The notes: generated by a model from the letters alone, not told the origin. A stretch of 64,000 nt of DNA from a candidate division WOR-3 bacterium (GCA_014859085.1 JACUUY010000001.1:2896-66895); one strand, 5' to 3'; shown: positions 27,718 to 37,038, counted from the stretch's first letter. Translations and numbers: made by a program.

Positions 27718-27803
27718 GAAGATTATAAGCAAATTTCACGATACGTCAAGATTGCGTGTTCTCGAGAACATTGCATCATGTTCCGCCATGAATATAATAG
27801 GGC

Positions 27804-28871
27804 GTGAAGGAGAATTTCAAAAAGTATTCGCTGAATGAAGCCCGGTCTGCGATGCTTGCGCTGGGGTGTGATAGGTACCGTGGCGACCAGGTCTTCAAGT
27901 GGATCTGGCAAAAAGGCGCTTTGGATTTTTCGGTCATGACGAATCTCTCAAGGGAATTGAGGGAAAGTCTGTCCGAACGCTACCTCGTTGCGGGGTTGAG
28001 TATGGCCGGCGCGGGACAGCAAGGTGTTGGAGCTCGACAAGAAGGTGCCGGAGTGCGCAAGTACCTGCTCGGTGCAGGAGACAATGAGGATGTTGAATCG
28101 GTGTACATCCGCGAGGCGAGGCGGCGCACGGTCTGCGTGTCCTGCCAGGTGGGTTGTCCATTGGGCTGCAGATTCTGCGCCACGGCTCTGCTCGGTTTCC
28201 GGCGCAATCTTCATGCGTACGAGATCGCGGATCAGGTGCGCCTCATCCAGCAAGTTACCGGGACTAAATGCACCAATGTCGTGTTCATGGGTATGGGCGA
28301 GCCATTGTTTAATTTCAATGGGGTCGTCGGGGCCCTCGAAATAATTACCTCACCGCTCGGTCTCAGCATTGGCCGGCGGCATACCACGTTGTCCACGGTC
28401 GGTCTTGTGGAAGGTATGGAGGCATTGTTGAGATCATCGATCCGGGTCAAACTGGCGGTCTCGCTCAACTTTGCGGATGAGGAACAGAGGAGAGAATTCA
28501 TGCCGGCCGCGCGACATAATCGGCTGCAGGACATATTGAAGGTCGCGCGGGCATACTCACTGAGAAAAGAACGGGTCACATTCGAATACGTGATGATCCG
28601 GCATGTTAACGATCACGTCCGTGATGCGAGGAGATTGATCGAGCTGCTGAAGGATGTACCGTCCAAGATCAATTTGATCCCGTACAACGAGCACCCGCTC
28701 CTTCCCTACAAAAGGCCCACTGACGCCGTGATCGAGAGGTTCCACGGAATACTTCTGCAGTCAAACCATACCGTGGTCATCAGAAAATCAAGGGGGCAGG
28801 AAATCCTCGCCGGCTGCGGGCAGTTGAGCGGTGCTGACCGCGTATTGACTTCAAGCAAGACATCTGTATAA
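27804..28871 (+). CDS. rlmN: 23S rRNA/tRNA adenine-C2 methyltransferase RlmN (radical SAM)
   Basis: 355 aa. Radical-SAM motif CQVGCPLGCRFCAT with a downstream conserved Cys. It contains a Gly/Ala-rich low-complexity insertion (SMAGAGQQGVGARQEGAGVRKY). GTG start 7 nt after a TATAAT. Confidence 0.8.
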   Translation: MKENFKKYSLNEARSAMLALGCDRYRGDQVFKWIWQKGALDFSVMTNLSRELRESLSERYLVAGLSMAGAGQQGVGARQEGAGVRKYLLGAGDNEDVESVYIREARRRTVCVSCQVGCPLGCRFCATALLGFRRNLHAYEIADQVRLIQQVTGTKCTNVVFMGMGEPLFNFNGVVGALEIITSPLGLSIGRRHTTLSTVGLVEGMEALLRSSIRVKLAVSLNFADEEQRREFMPAARHNRLQDILKVARAYSLRKERVTFEYVMIRHVNDHVRDARRLIELLKDVPSKINLIPYNEHPLLPYKRPTDAVIERFHGILLQSNHTVVIRKSRGQEILAGCGQLSGADRVLTSSKTSV

Positions 28872-28955
28872 TGATTGGACGTAACGCATTGATTTGTAGG
28901 ATATCTGGACTATTTTTTTGAGGAAGTTGTTCATGCTTGATCAATAACGGGAGGC

Positions 28956-30260
28956 ATGATGGGCAAGACCTTGGCGGAGAAGATGTTATCCGAGAAAAGC
29001 GGCCAGGATGCGTGCGCCGGCGGTATTGTGATCGCCCGCGTCGATGTTGCTGCTTTCCAGGACGGCACCGGTCCACTGGGCGTACGCCAGCTTCAGAAAA
29101 TGCATCTGGAAAAACTCCGGGCGCCGAAGGCAATTCTGTTCATCGACCACGCTGCGCCTTCGCCTCGCAAGGAACTCTCAAACGACCACATGCTGTTGCG
29201 GGAATTCAGTCGGAAATCGGGCGCCATACTGTCCGACATCGGTGAGGGTGTGATCCATCAGCGGCTGGTCGAATCCTATGTCAAGCCCGGCGATGTTGTG
29301 ATCGGCGCCGATTCGCACACGTGCACGTCCGGCGCGCTCGGCGCGTTTGCGACGGGCATGGGTTCGACCGACGTCGCGATCGGGATGGCAATGGGCCGCA
29401 CCTGGTTCAAGGTTCCCGAGACGTTCCGGGTCGAGGTGAAGGGTGATTTTACACCGGGCGTTGGTTCCAAGGATCTCATTTTGTATCTCATCGGTCTGCT
29501 GGGTGCTGACGGCGCGACGTACAAGGCTCTGGAGTTCGGTGGCCCGGCGATCGAGAAAATGTCTATGGAGTCGCGGTTCGTTCTTGCCAACATGGCGGTG
29601 GAGGCAGGAGCCAAGACCGGGTTGATCGCGTCGGACCGAATAACGAAAGAGTATTTGAGATCACGCGGCCGCACCAAGGATTGGCGCGCGCTGGCGCCGG
29701 ATAAGGATGCGGAATATGAGCGGGTGATCGAGATCGACGCGCGTAAACTCGTACCCCAGGTTGCCTTTCCGCACACGGTTGACAACACCAGGAATATCAG
29801 CAAGGCGCTGGGGATAAAGGTCGATCAGGTATTCCTCGGCACGTGCACGAATGGACGCATCGAGGATTTGAAGATCGCGGCCCAGATCATCAGGGGCAAA
29901 CAGCGCGCGCCCGGCACAAGATTGGTGGTCGTACCGGCATCGCGCGACGTCTTTCTGTCAGCAATGAAATCAGGGTTGCTGGACGTATTCGTGCGCGCGG
30001 GCGGCATTGTCCTGGGTCCGGGTTGCGGGCCGTGCGTCGGGGTCCATCAGGGCATTCTCGGCGACGGCGAGGTCTGTCTCTCGACCGCCAACCGCAACTT
30101 CCGCGGCCGGATGGGCAACCCTGAGGGCCTTGTATACTTGGCTTCGCCGGCGACCGCCGCCTACTCGGCGATAAAGGGCGAAATCAGCGATCCGAGAGAT
30201 GTGTATGCAAAGAAGCGCCGGCGTGGTAGAGTCATGAAGCCGCGGCGGAAGAAGAAATAG
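28956..30260 (+). CDS. aconitase-family large subunit, short archaeal LeuC/homoaconitase type
   Basis: 434 aa. Aconitase Fe-S ligand motifs (GADSHTCTSGA, GTCTNG, GPGCGPCVG). It ends in a polybasic tail AKKRRRGRVMKPRRKKK. Confidence 0.75.
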   Translation: MMGKTLAEKMLSEKSGQDACAGGIVIARVDVAAFQDGTGPLGVRQLQKMHLEKLRAPKAILFIDHAAPSPRKELSNDHMLLREFSRKSGAILSDIGEGVIHQRLVESYVKPGDVVIGADSHTCTSGALGAFATGMGSTDVAIGMAMGRTWFKVPETFRVEVKGDFTPGVGSKDLILYLIGLLGADGATYKALEFGGPAIEKMSMESRFVLANMAVEAGAKTGLIASDRITKEYLRSRGRTKDWRALAPDKDAEYERVIEIDARKLVPQVAFPHTVDNTRNISKALGIKVDQVFLGTCTNGRIEDLKIAAQIIRGKQRAPGTRLVVVPASRDVFLSAMKSGLLDVFVRAGGIVLGPGCGPCVGVHQGILGDGEVCLSTANRNFRGRMGNPEGLVYLASPATAAYSAIKGEISDPRDVYAKKRRRGRVMKPRRKKK

Positions 30261-30304
30261 AGGGTTTGATTTATTCAATTCATGACAAGCAAGGAGGAAA
30301 AACC

Positions 30305-31585
30305 ATGCCCAAACTAAGAGAAAAACTCGCAGCGATAATTCCGACGCTGCGCGACGATATCAAGAATCTTGTGAAGCAGAATGGCGATAAGGTAATCTCA
30401 GAGGTTACGGTTGCTCAGGCATACGGCGGCATGCGGGGCGTGAAGGCGCTCATATGTGATACCTCGGTCGTTCCTCCGGACAAGGGATTGATAATCCGGG
30501 GGTATCCGATCGGCGACCTGAAAGACAAATTGCCCGAAGGAGTCTTCTATCTGCTGGTGACCGGTGAAATGCCGGACAATGCAGCACTGGAAGCGCTCAG
30601 CAAGGATTTGAGCGCGCGCGCGCGGGTGCCGGACTATGTCTGGGAGACATTGGCCGCGATGCCCAAGGATTCGCACCCAATGGTGATGTTCAGCCTGGGC
30701 ATTCTTGCCATGGAGCGGGAATCGCTATTCAGAGAGAAATATACCGAAGGGATGAAGAAGGATGTCTACTGGGAATCGACGCTCGAGGATTGCCTCAACA
30801 TGATCGGCCGGCTGCCCGACCTGGCCGCCGGTATATACCGGATGAGGTTTGACAAGGGCCCGAGGATCGATCCAGCTCCGAATCTCGATTGGGCGGCAAA
30901 CTACGCCCGCATGCTGGGTATCCCTGATAAGAACGGAGATTTTGCCAATCTCATGCGGCTCTACATGGTATTGCATTCTGACCACGAAGGCGGTAATGTC
31001 AGCGCCCACACGTGTCACTGCGTTGGGTCCGCGCTTTCCGATCCTTACTACGCAGTTTCGGCCGGATTGAATGGCCTGGCCGGCCCGTTACACGGCCTGG
31101 CAAATCAAGAATGCCTGCGCTGGGTGATCATGGTCAAGGAGAAATTCGGCGGTGTGCCCACGGACGAGCAGCTGAAGCAATTCGCCTGGGATACCCTGAA
31201 TTCCGGGCAGGTCATTCCCGGTTATGGTCATGCCGTGTTGAGGATAACCGATCCTCGTTTTGATGCTTTCCGTGAATTCGGGTCCCGCGTCTGCGCCGAT
31301 GACCCGTATTTTCAGATCGTCGACAAGGTTTTCAGGGTCGTGCCGGATGTGTTGCGCGAGCACGGCAAGGCGAAAGATCCCTGGCCCAATGTTGACGCCG
31401 CTTCAGGTTGTCTGCTCTACCATTTCGGCCTTACTGAATTCGAATATTATACGGTCCTGTTCGGCGTATCGAGGGCCCTGGGCATGTGCGCCCAATTGAT
31501 CGTCAGCCGCGCCCTGGGTGAGGCGATCGAACGGCCGAAGTCAGTGACCACGGCGTGGATCAAGCAAACGGTGGCCAAGGGTTGA
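30305..31585 (+). CDS. citrate synthase (eukaryotic/type-I-like)
   Basis: The start is placed at the ATG preceded by AAGGAGG, not at the track start 30266. The signature VAQAYGGMRGVKALICDTSVVPPDKGLIIRGYPI is present, along with catalytic His and Asp regions downstream. Confidence 0.8.
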   Translation: MPKLREKLAAIIPTLRDDIKNLVKQNGDKVISEVTVAQAYGGMRGVKALICDTSVVPPDKGLIIRGYPIGDLKDKLPEGVFYLLVTGEMPDNAALEALSKDLSARARVPDYVWETLAAMPKDSHPMVMFSLGILAMERESLFREKYTEGMKKDVYWESTLEDCLNMIGRLPDLAAGIYRMRFDKGPRIDPAPNLDWAANYARMLGIPDKNGDFANLMRLYMVLHSDHEGGNVSAHTCHCVGSALSDPYYAVSAGLNGLAGPLHGLANQECLRWVIMVKEKFGGVPTDEQLKQFAWDTLNSGQVIPGYGHAVLRITDPRFDAFREFGSRVCADDPYFQIVDKVFRVVPDVLREHGKAKDPWPNVDAASGCLLYHFGLTEFEYYTVLFGVSRALGMCAQLIVSRALGEAIERPKSVTTAWIKQTVAKG

Positions 31586-31607
31586 GCAGCCAAGGGCAGG
31601 AGGTATC

Positions 31608-32108
31608 ATGGTTCTCAAGGGAAAGGCCTGGAAGTTCGGCGACAGCATTTCGACCGATCTGATATGCCCGGGCCGGTATTTCCATCTGCGTTCGAATCTG
31701 CCCGAACTTGCCAAACATGTGCTTGAAGACGCGGATGCGCAATTCGCGGCGCAGATGGCACGGGGCGACTTCGTTGTGGCCGGCGGCAATTTCGGATTGG
31801 GCAGTTCACGCGAGCACGCGCCGACGATCATAAAGCTGGCCGGCGTGTCGGCGGTGCTGGCCAAGTCCTTCGCGCGCATTTTCTACCGCAATGCGATAAA
31901 TGTGGGCCTGCCGTTGGTCGAGTGTGACACCGATCTTATCGAGCAGGGCGATGAGCTTACGGTCGACCTGGCCGCCGGCACGGTCCAGGATTTTACGAAG
32001 AAGATCGAACTCAAGAGCCATTCGCTACCCAGGGCGATGTTGAATATCTTGAACGACGGCGGACTGCTGGCACATATCGAGAAGCACGGCGATTTCAAGT
32101 TGGACTGA
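31608..32108 (+). CDS. aconitase-family small subunit, LeuD type
   Basis: 166 aa. GDSISTDLICPGRY...GGNFGLGSSREHAP is typical of the LeuD/HACN small subunit. Confidence 0.75.
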   Translation: MVLKGKAWKFGDSISTDLICPGRYFHLRSNLPELAKHVLEDADAQFAAQMARGDFVVAGGNFGLGSSREHAPTIIKLAGVSAVLAKSFARIFYRNAINVGLPLVECDTDLIEQGDELTVDLAAGTVQDFTKKIELKSHSLPRAMLNILNDGGLLAHIEKHGDFKLD

Positions 32109-32123
32109 GTCAAGGAGAAAAGC

Positions 32124-33434
32124 ATGAAGAAGATAAGGAAAGTCAGGCCGAGGACGGTCAAGAAGGTGAGATCAAAGAAGGGAGTGAGACGTGTAACGAC
32201 GAAGCGGCCGGCCCGGAAGAAGATGGTGAAGAAAGCCGCGCCGGTCTCGATCGTGCGGGCGCAGGAACATTTCCGGGGGATACTCGAGACCCAGCTGGCA
32301 AGGGTGACGCGTCTGAAAAAGGCGCAGGATTGGATCGACTATGCAAAATTGAAGCCCATTGTCATCGGTATCCTGGGCGGCGACGGCATCGGTCCGTACA
32401 TCACCGGTGAAGCGCAGCGGGTGCTCGAGCATCTGCTCGAGGACGAGGTGGCAAAGGGCAAGGTCGAATTCCGCGCGATCGAAGGCATGACCATCGAGCG
32501 GAGAGCCGAAGTCAACAAGGCGATCCCGGACGACGTGCTTGTCGAGATAAAGAAATGCCACGTCACCCTGAAAGGTCCGACAACGACGCCCAAGAAGGGC
32601 GATCCCTGGCCTAACATCGAAAGCGCCAACGTGGCGGTGCGCAAGGAGCTCGATCTCTTTGCCAATGTCCGGCCGGTGCGGGTCCCCAAACTGGGCATCG
32701 ATTGGATGTTCTTCCGGGAGAATACCGAGGATGTCTACGCGCTTGGCCCGTTCGGCATTGAGGTGACGCCGGACATTGCGATCGATTTTAAGCTTACGAC
32801 CAAACCAGGGAGCCAGCGGATCATCAAACTGGCGTTCGAATACGCCCGGAAGAACAAGCAGAGCCGTGTGACCGCGGTCACCAAGGCGAATGTCGTGAAG
32901 ACGACGGACGGGCTGTTCCTCAAGACATTCTATGAGATCGCCAAACAATATCCGGGGATCGAAGCGGACGATTGGTTCATCGACATAATGACGGCGAAGT
33001 TGGTCGATGAGAAGCGGCGCCGGGAATTCAAGGTGATGGTCTTGCCCAATCTCTATGGGGACATCCTCACCGACGAAGCCGCCGAATTCCAGGGTGGGGT
33101 CGGCACGGCCGGCAGCGCCAATATCGGCAAGCGCTATGCAATGTTTGAAGCGATCCACGGCAGTGCACCGCGCATGGTAAAAGAAGGCAGAGCGCAGTAT
33201 GCAGATCCGAGCAGTGTCATTCGGGCTGGCTCGATGTTGCTCAATCACATCGGTTATGTGGAACTCGGCAGCCGGCTGGGGATGGCACTGGACATCTGCG
33301 GCCAATACGAGAAGAAACTCGTGATGACCGGGCGTTCGACCGGTGCGGCGGGGCGTGACTTCTGCGATTACATACTGGCGACGATAGCCGATCCGAACCT
33401 GGCCGCGCGCTGGCAGGAGTACCAGCTGGCATAG
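32124..33434 (+). CDS. isocitrate/isopropylmalate dehydrogenase-family enzyme with a roughly 90-aa polybasic N-terminal extension
   Basis: 436 aa. The core runs from ...IVIGILGGDGIGPYI... to NLYGDILTDEAAEFQGGVGTAGSANIG (IDH-like). The N-terminus MKKIRKVRPRTVKKVRSKKGVRRVTTKRPARKKMVKKAAP is in frame, preceded by an AAGGAG Shine-Dalgarno sequence 6 nt upstream of the ATG at 32124. Confidence 0.7.
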   Translation: MKKIRKVRPRTVKKVRSKKGVRRVTTKRPARKKMVKKAAPVSIVRAQEHFRGILETQLARVTRLKKAQDWIDYAKLKPIVIGILGGDGIGPYITGEAQRVLEHLLEDEVAKGKVEFRAIEGMTIERRAEVNKAIPDDVLVEIKKCHVTLKGPTTTPKKGDPWPNIESANVAVRKELDLFANVRPVRVPKLGIDWMFFRENTEDVYALGPFGIEVTPDIAIDFKLTTKPGSQRIIKLAFEYARKNKQSRVTAVTKANVVKTTDGLFLKTFYEIAKQYPGIEADDWFIDIMTAKLVDEKRRREFKVMVLPNLYGDILTDEAAEFQGGVGTAGSANIGKRYAMFEAIHGSAPRMVKEGRAQYADPSSVIRAGSMLLNHIGYVELGSRLGMALDICGQYEKKLVMTGRSTGAAGRDFCDYILATIADPNLAARWQEYQLA

Positions 33435-33479
33435 GGCGTCGTTCACGCGCACGATCGACGAGGCCGGGGCCCCGTGCAC

Positions 33480-33507
33480 TTGACATCAATGCAAAATTGA
33501 ATAGAAT
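33480..33507 (+). promoter_or_regulatory. sigma70 promoter (TTGACA, 16 nt, TAGAAT) 3-6 nt upstream of the fabG ATGATG; leaderless geometry
   Basis: Plus strand reads cacTTGACAtcaatgcaaaattgaaTAGAATttcATGATGG. Confidence 0.5.
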
Positions 33508-33510
33508 TTC

Positions 33511-34248
33511 ATGATGGCTGTGGAGACGAGGATCGCCCTGATCACCGGCGGCGCGGCGGGTATTGGTGCCGCAATTGCCAGACGCTTTGCGCGGCAAGAG
33601 ATACGAGTAGCCGTCGGAGACGTGGACCGGGAACAGGGCGAGAAGCTGGCTGCCGAGCTCGGCGGGATATCAAGGTTCTATGACCTCGATGTCGGCGATG
33701 AAGAGGCCGTCATCCGTACCGTAGACCGGATAGTCGAAGATAACGGCAGGATAGACATTCTTGTCAACAACGCGGGGATAACCAATGACAAGCTTCTTAT
33801 CCGCATGTCCAAGGCGGACTGGGACCGCGTTCTCGAGGTCAATTTAACTGGTGCTTTTCTCGTAACCAGGGCCGTGGTGCGCCACATGATGAAGCAGCGC
33901 TACGGCCGGATCGTCAATGTGGCTTCGATCATCGGTATTATAGGCAACATCGGACAGGCGAACTACGCCGCGAGCAAGGCCGGGATCATCGCGCTAACCA
34001 AGTCGTGCGCCAAAGAGCTGGCGAGCCGCAACATAAACGTCAATGCAGTGGCGCCGGGTTTCATCAGGACGAGAATGACCGATGCCATCCCGGATGACAT
34101 AAGGCAGAATTACCTGAAGTTCATCCCCTTGAATCGATTTGGCGAACCAAAGGATGTTGCGGAGCTTGTTCTATTCCTGGCGTCGGAGCAGGCTTCCTAC
34201 ATTACTGGCCAGACAATATGCATCGATGGGGGAATGGTGATGCATTGA
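33511..34248 (+). CDS. fabG: 3-oxoacyl-[ACP] reductase
   Basis: 245 aa short-chain dehydrogenase/reductase. ALITGGAAGIGAAIA glycine-rich motif, NNAG, and the YAASKAG catalytic motif. Confidence 0.85.
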   Translation: MMAVETRIALITGGAAGIGAAIARRFARQEIRVAVGDVDREQGEKLAAELGGISRFYDLDVGDEEAVIRTVDRIVEDNGRIDILVNNAGITNDKLLIRMSKADWDRVLEVNLTGAFLVTRAVVRHMMKQRYGRIVNVASIIGIIGNIGQANYAASKAGIIALTKSCAKELASRNINVNAVAPGFIRTRMTDAIPDDIRQNYLKFIPLNRFGEPKDVAELVLFLASEQASYITGQTICIDGGMVMH

Positions 34249-34306
34249 GAGGGCAATTGGCCGGCCGGTCAGTGCCTTGAACGGTTGATATTGAAGGGAG
34301 GAAAAG

Positions 34307-34540
34307 ATGGCGCTTTTTGATGATGTGAAGAACATAATCGTGGAACAACTGCATGTACCACCAGAAAAAGTGACGATGGATGCCAAGTTCATCGAAGACC
34401 TTGGTGCGGATTCGCTCGATACGGTTGAGCTGATCATGGCATTCGAGGAGAAGTTCGGGCTCCAGATATCCGAAGAGGAAGCACAGAAACTCGATAACGT
34501 GGGCAAGGCCGTGACCTATCTCGAGGGGAAGCTGAAATAA
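34307..34540 (+). CDS. acpP: acyl carrier protein
   Basis: 77 aa with LGADSLDTVELIMAFEEKFG, the phosphopantetheine Ser motif. Confidence 0.9.
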   Translation: MALFDDVKNIIVEQLHVPPEKVTMDAKFIEDLGADSLDTVELIMAFEEKFGLQISEEEAQKLDNVGKAVTYLEGKLK

Positions 34541-34542
34541 CT

Positions 34543-35784
34543 ATGAGAAGGGTCGTTGTCACCGGGCTGGGTGCCATTACCCCGCTGGGCAAAGATGTCA
34601 GAACGACGTGGGACGGTCTGCTCCAGGGCCGGAGCGGGATCGACCGGATCGCGTCGTTTGACACGTCCGATCATGCGGTGAAGATTGCGGGCGAGGTAAA
34701 GGGTTTCAGCCCGGACGAGAGGATTCCTCCGAAATCGGCGAAGCGGCTCGACCGGTGCGTGCAACTGGCGCTCTGGTCAGCCATTGAGGCAGTGGCCGGG
34801 GCCGGGATCGACTTCAGCAAGTACGACCCGGACCGGGTTGGTGTGATAATCGGTTCGGGCATCGGTGGTCTGCGGACATGGGAAGCCGAGCACACGAAAT
34901 TCATCGAGCAGGGTCCGGGACGTGTGTCGCCTTTTCTGATTCCGATGATGATCTGTGACATGACCTCGGGGTATGTGTCCATTCACTGGGGATTGAAGGG
35001 TCCGAACTACACCACGGTCTCGGCGTGTGCTTCGGGCGCTCACGCCATCGGTGATTCATTCCGGGCGATAAAGTATGGCGATGCCGATGTGATGGTGACC
35101 GGTGGTGCAGAGGCATCAATAACGCCTTTTGCCCTGGCCGGGTTCAGCAACATGCGCGCCCTTTCGCGCCGCAATGACGAACCCCAGAAAGCCTCGAGGC
35201 CGTTCGATAAGGCGCGGGACGGTTTCGTCATGGCCGAAGGCGCAGCCGTGCTCGTGCTGGAGGAACTGGATGCCGCGCGGCAAAGGGGTGCGAAGATATA
35301 TTGCGAGATATCGGGCTTTGGCGCGACCGGCGACGGCTATCACATCACCGCACCAGCGCCTGAGGGCGAGGGTGCGCGCCGGTCCATGGCCCGGGCGATC
35401 AAGGAAGCGGGTTGTTGCATCGAAGACATAGACTATATCAACACCCACGGTACATCGACCGAATTAAATGATAAGTTCGAGGCCCGGGCGATAAAGGATC
35501 TCTTTGGCGCGCAGGCCGGGAAGATTGTGCTGAATGCGACCAAGTCGATGCTCGGCCACAGCCTGGGTGCGGCCGGTGCGATAGAGGCGGTAGTCACGAT
35601 CCTGTCGATCGTCCATCAGACCGTTCACCCGACCTTGAACCTGGAAGATCCGGACCCGGAGTGCGCGGGATTGGATATCGTGCGCAACGGACCCGGACCG
35701 CGGACGGTCAAGATCGCTCACGCCCTATCCAATTCCCTGGGTTTTGGCGGTCATAACGCGACGGTCTGTTTCAGGCGTCTTTGA
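34543..35784 (+). CDS. fabF: 3-oxoacyl-[ACP] synthase II
   Basis: 413 aa. Active-site Cys context VSACASGAHAIG, plus the HGTSTELND and GHSLGAAGAIE motifs. Confidence 0.9.
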   Translation: MRRVVVTGLGAITPLGKDVRTTWDGLLQGRSGIDRIASFDTSDHAVKIAGEVKGFSPDERIPPKSAKRLDRCVQLALWSAIEAVAGAGIDFSKYDPDRVGVIIGSGIGGLRTWEAEHTKFIEQGPGRVSPFLIPMMICDMTSGYVSIHWGLKGPNYTTVSACASGAHAIGDSFRAIKYGDADVMVTGGAEASITPFALAGFSNMRALSRRNDEPQKASRPFDKARDGFVMAEGAAVLVLEELDAARQRGAKIYCEISGFGATGDGYHITAPAPEGEGARRSMARAIKEAGCCIEDIDYINTHGTSTELNDKFEARAIKDLFGAQAGKIVLNATKSMLGHSLGAAGAIEAVVTILSIVHQTVHPTLNLEDPDPECAGLDIVRNGPGPRTVKIAHALSNSLGFGGHNATVCFRRL

Positions 35785-35796
35785 GGGCGTGTTTCC

Positions 35797-36396
35797 ATGC
35801 GCCCGGGAGCAAGAGTCGTCATTGGCATCGGCGGGAATATCGCAACGGGCAAGACGACCGTGGCGAATTTCTTCCGGGAGCTCGGTGCGACCTGTATCGC
35901 GGCGGATGAGGTCGGCTGGGAGGTGTTACCGGACATAACACCGGCGTTGAAGAAGAGATTCGGGGAGTGGATAATGTTCAGATCCGGATGCAAGATTGAC
36001 AAAAAGAAATTGCGGGATTTGGTCTTCTCAGATCGAGCAGGGCTCGAATATCTGAACCGCATTTCTCATCCGCTCCTGACGCAGAAAATAGCCGCCAGGG
36101 TTGATGGCTTGAAGTCCGGGATCATCGTTATCGACGCAGCATTGCTCTTCGAGTGGCCTGAGATCGCCGCGCTGTGCGACCATAAGATCCTGGTCACGGC
36201 TCATCCCAAAAAGACGAGAGGCCGGGTAGAAGCGAAAGGCATTGGTCATGGATTGTTTTCAAAGATCCGTTCGATGCAGAAGGATAATGAAGAGATGATG
36301 GCGCAAGCGGATTTCGTGATTCGCAACAATGGCACGCTCGATGAACTGCGGGGCAGATGCCAGCTGATATACCAGCGGATCAAAGATGATTGTTGA
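35797..36396 (+). CDS. coaE: dephospho-CoA kinase
   Basis: 199 aa with the P-loop IGIGGNIATGKTTV. Confidence 0.8.
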   Translation: MRPGARVVIGIGGNIATGKTTVANFFRELGATCIAADEVGWEVLPDITPALKKRFGEWIMFRSGCKIDKKKLRDLVFSDRAGLEYLNRISHPLLTQKIAARVDGLKSGIIVIDAALLFEWPEIAALCDHKILVTAHPKKTRGRVEAKGIGHGLFSKIRSMQKDNEEMMAQADFVIRNNGTLDELRGRCQLIYQRIKDDC

Positions 36397-36970
36397 GTGC
36401 AGCCGTTGTCCGGCAAAATACAATGTCGACGACAAGAAGATCCCGGCGTCGGGGGTCAAGGTACGCTGCAAGAAGTGCGGTAATATTATCTACATCAGAA
36501 AGCCCGCCGCGCCGACAACAAGCAAAGCCGGAGACATGATGATCGATCGGACGCCGACGCCCGCCCCGCGGCTGGCCGCCGGACAGCGTACAGAACAACC
36601 GCCCGTCGTCGAGAGACCACCCCAAATAGAATTACCCAGGAAGGTCGAAACCGAGCGCAAGGTCGTTGAAGAGGCCGTCGCGAGAAAAGTGCAGCCCTCC
36701 GGTACCGAACTGAGCGAGGAGGACAGGAAATGGCACGAAAGAGCGCGCCGCCTGGCCAAGGCGCTGGCGTCGGATCTCGTGCAATACAACAGAGTGCGTG
36801 TTGAACAGGGGTTGAGAGACGGTACGATCGCTGAACTCCTGGGCCCGGAGATCCGGAGGTCCTGGTTGTATTACTGCCAGGTGGTCCCCAAACACATTGT
36901 AGACAGCACCGATTTTTTCAAGGAACAACTGAACACGATCGTGGGCAAGGGCCTGAAGATATTCAAATAA
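36386..36970 (+). CDS. MJ0042-type zinc-ribbon protein with Pro-rich linker and C-terminal domain of unknown function
   Basis: 194 aa. N-terminal CSRCPAKYNVDDKKIPASGVKVRCKKCG, followed by a proline-rich low-complexity stretch. Confidence 0.45.
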   Translation: MIVECSRCPAKYNVDDKKIPASGVKVRCKKCGNIIYIRKPAAPTTSKAGDMMIDRTPTPAPRLAAGQRTEQPPVVERPPQIELPRKVETERKVVEEAVARKVQPSGTELSEEDRKWHERARRLAKALASDLVQYNRVRVEQGLRDGTIAELLGPEIRRSWLYYCQVVPKHIVDSTDFFKEQLNTIVGKGLKIFK

Positions 36971-37038
36971 AAACACGTCCGGTCGCGAAGCTGCCACCGG
37001 CACAAGGCGCGGCCGGTTAATGACGGGTTGGATATTTT

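Noticed and set aside
30266-30304. Upstream ATG (30266) for citrate synthase
   Set aside because: An AAGGAGG Shine-Dalgarno sequence precedes the ATG at 30305. The conserved citrate synthase N-terminus begins there.
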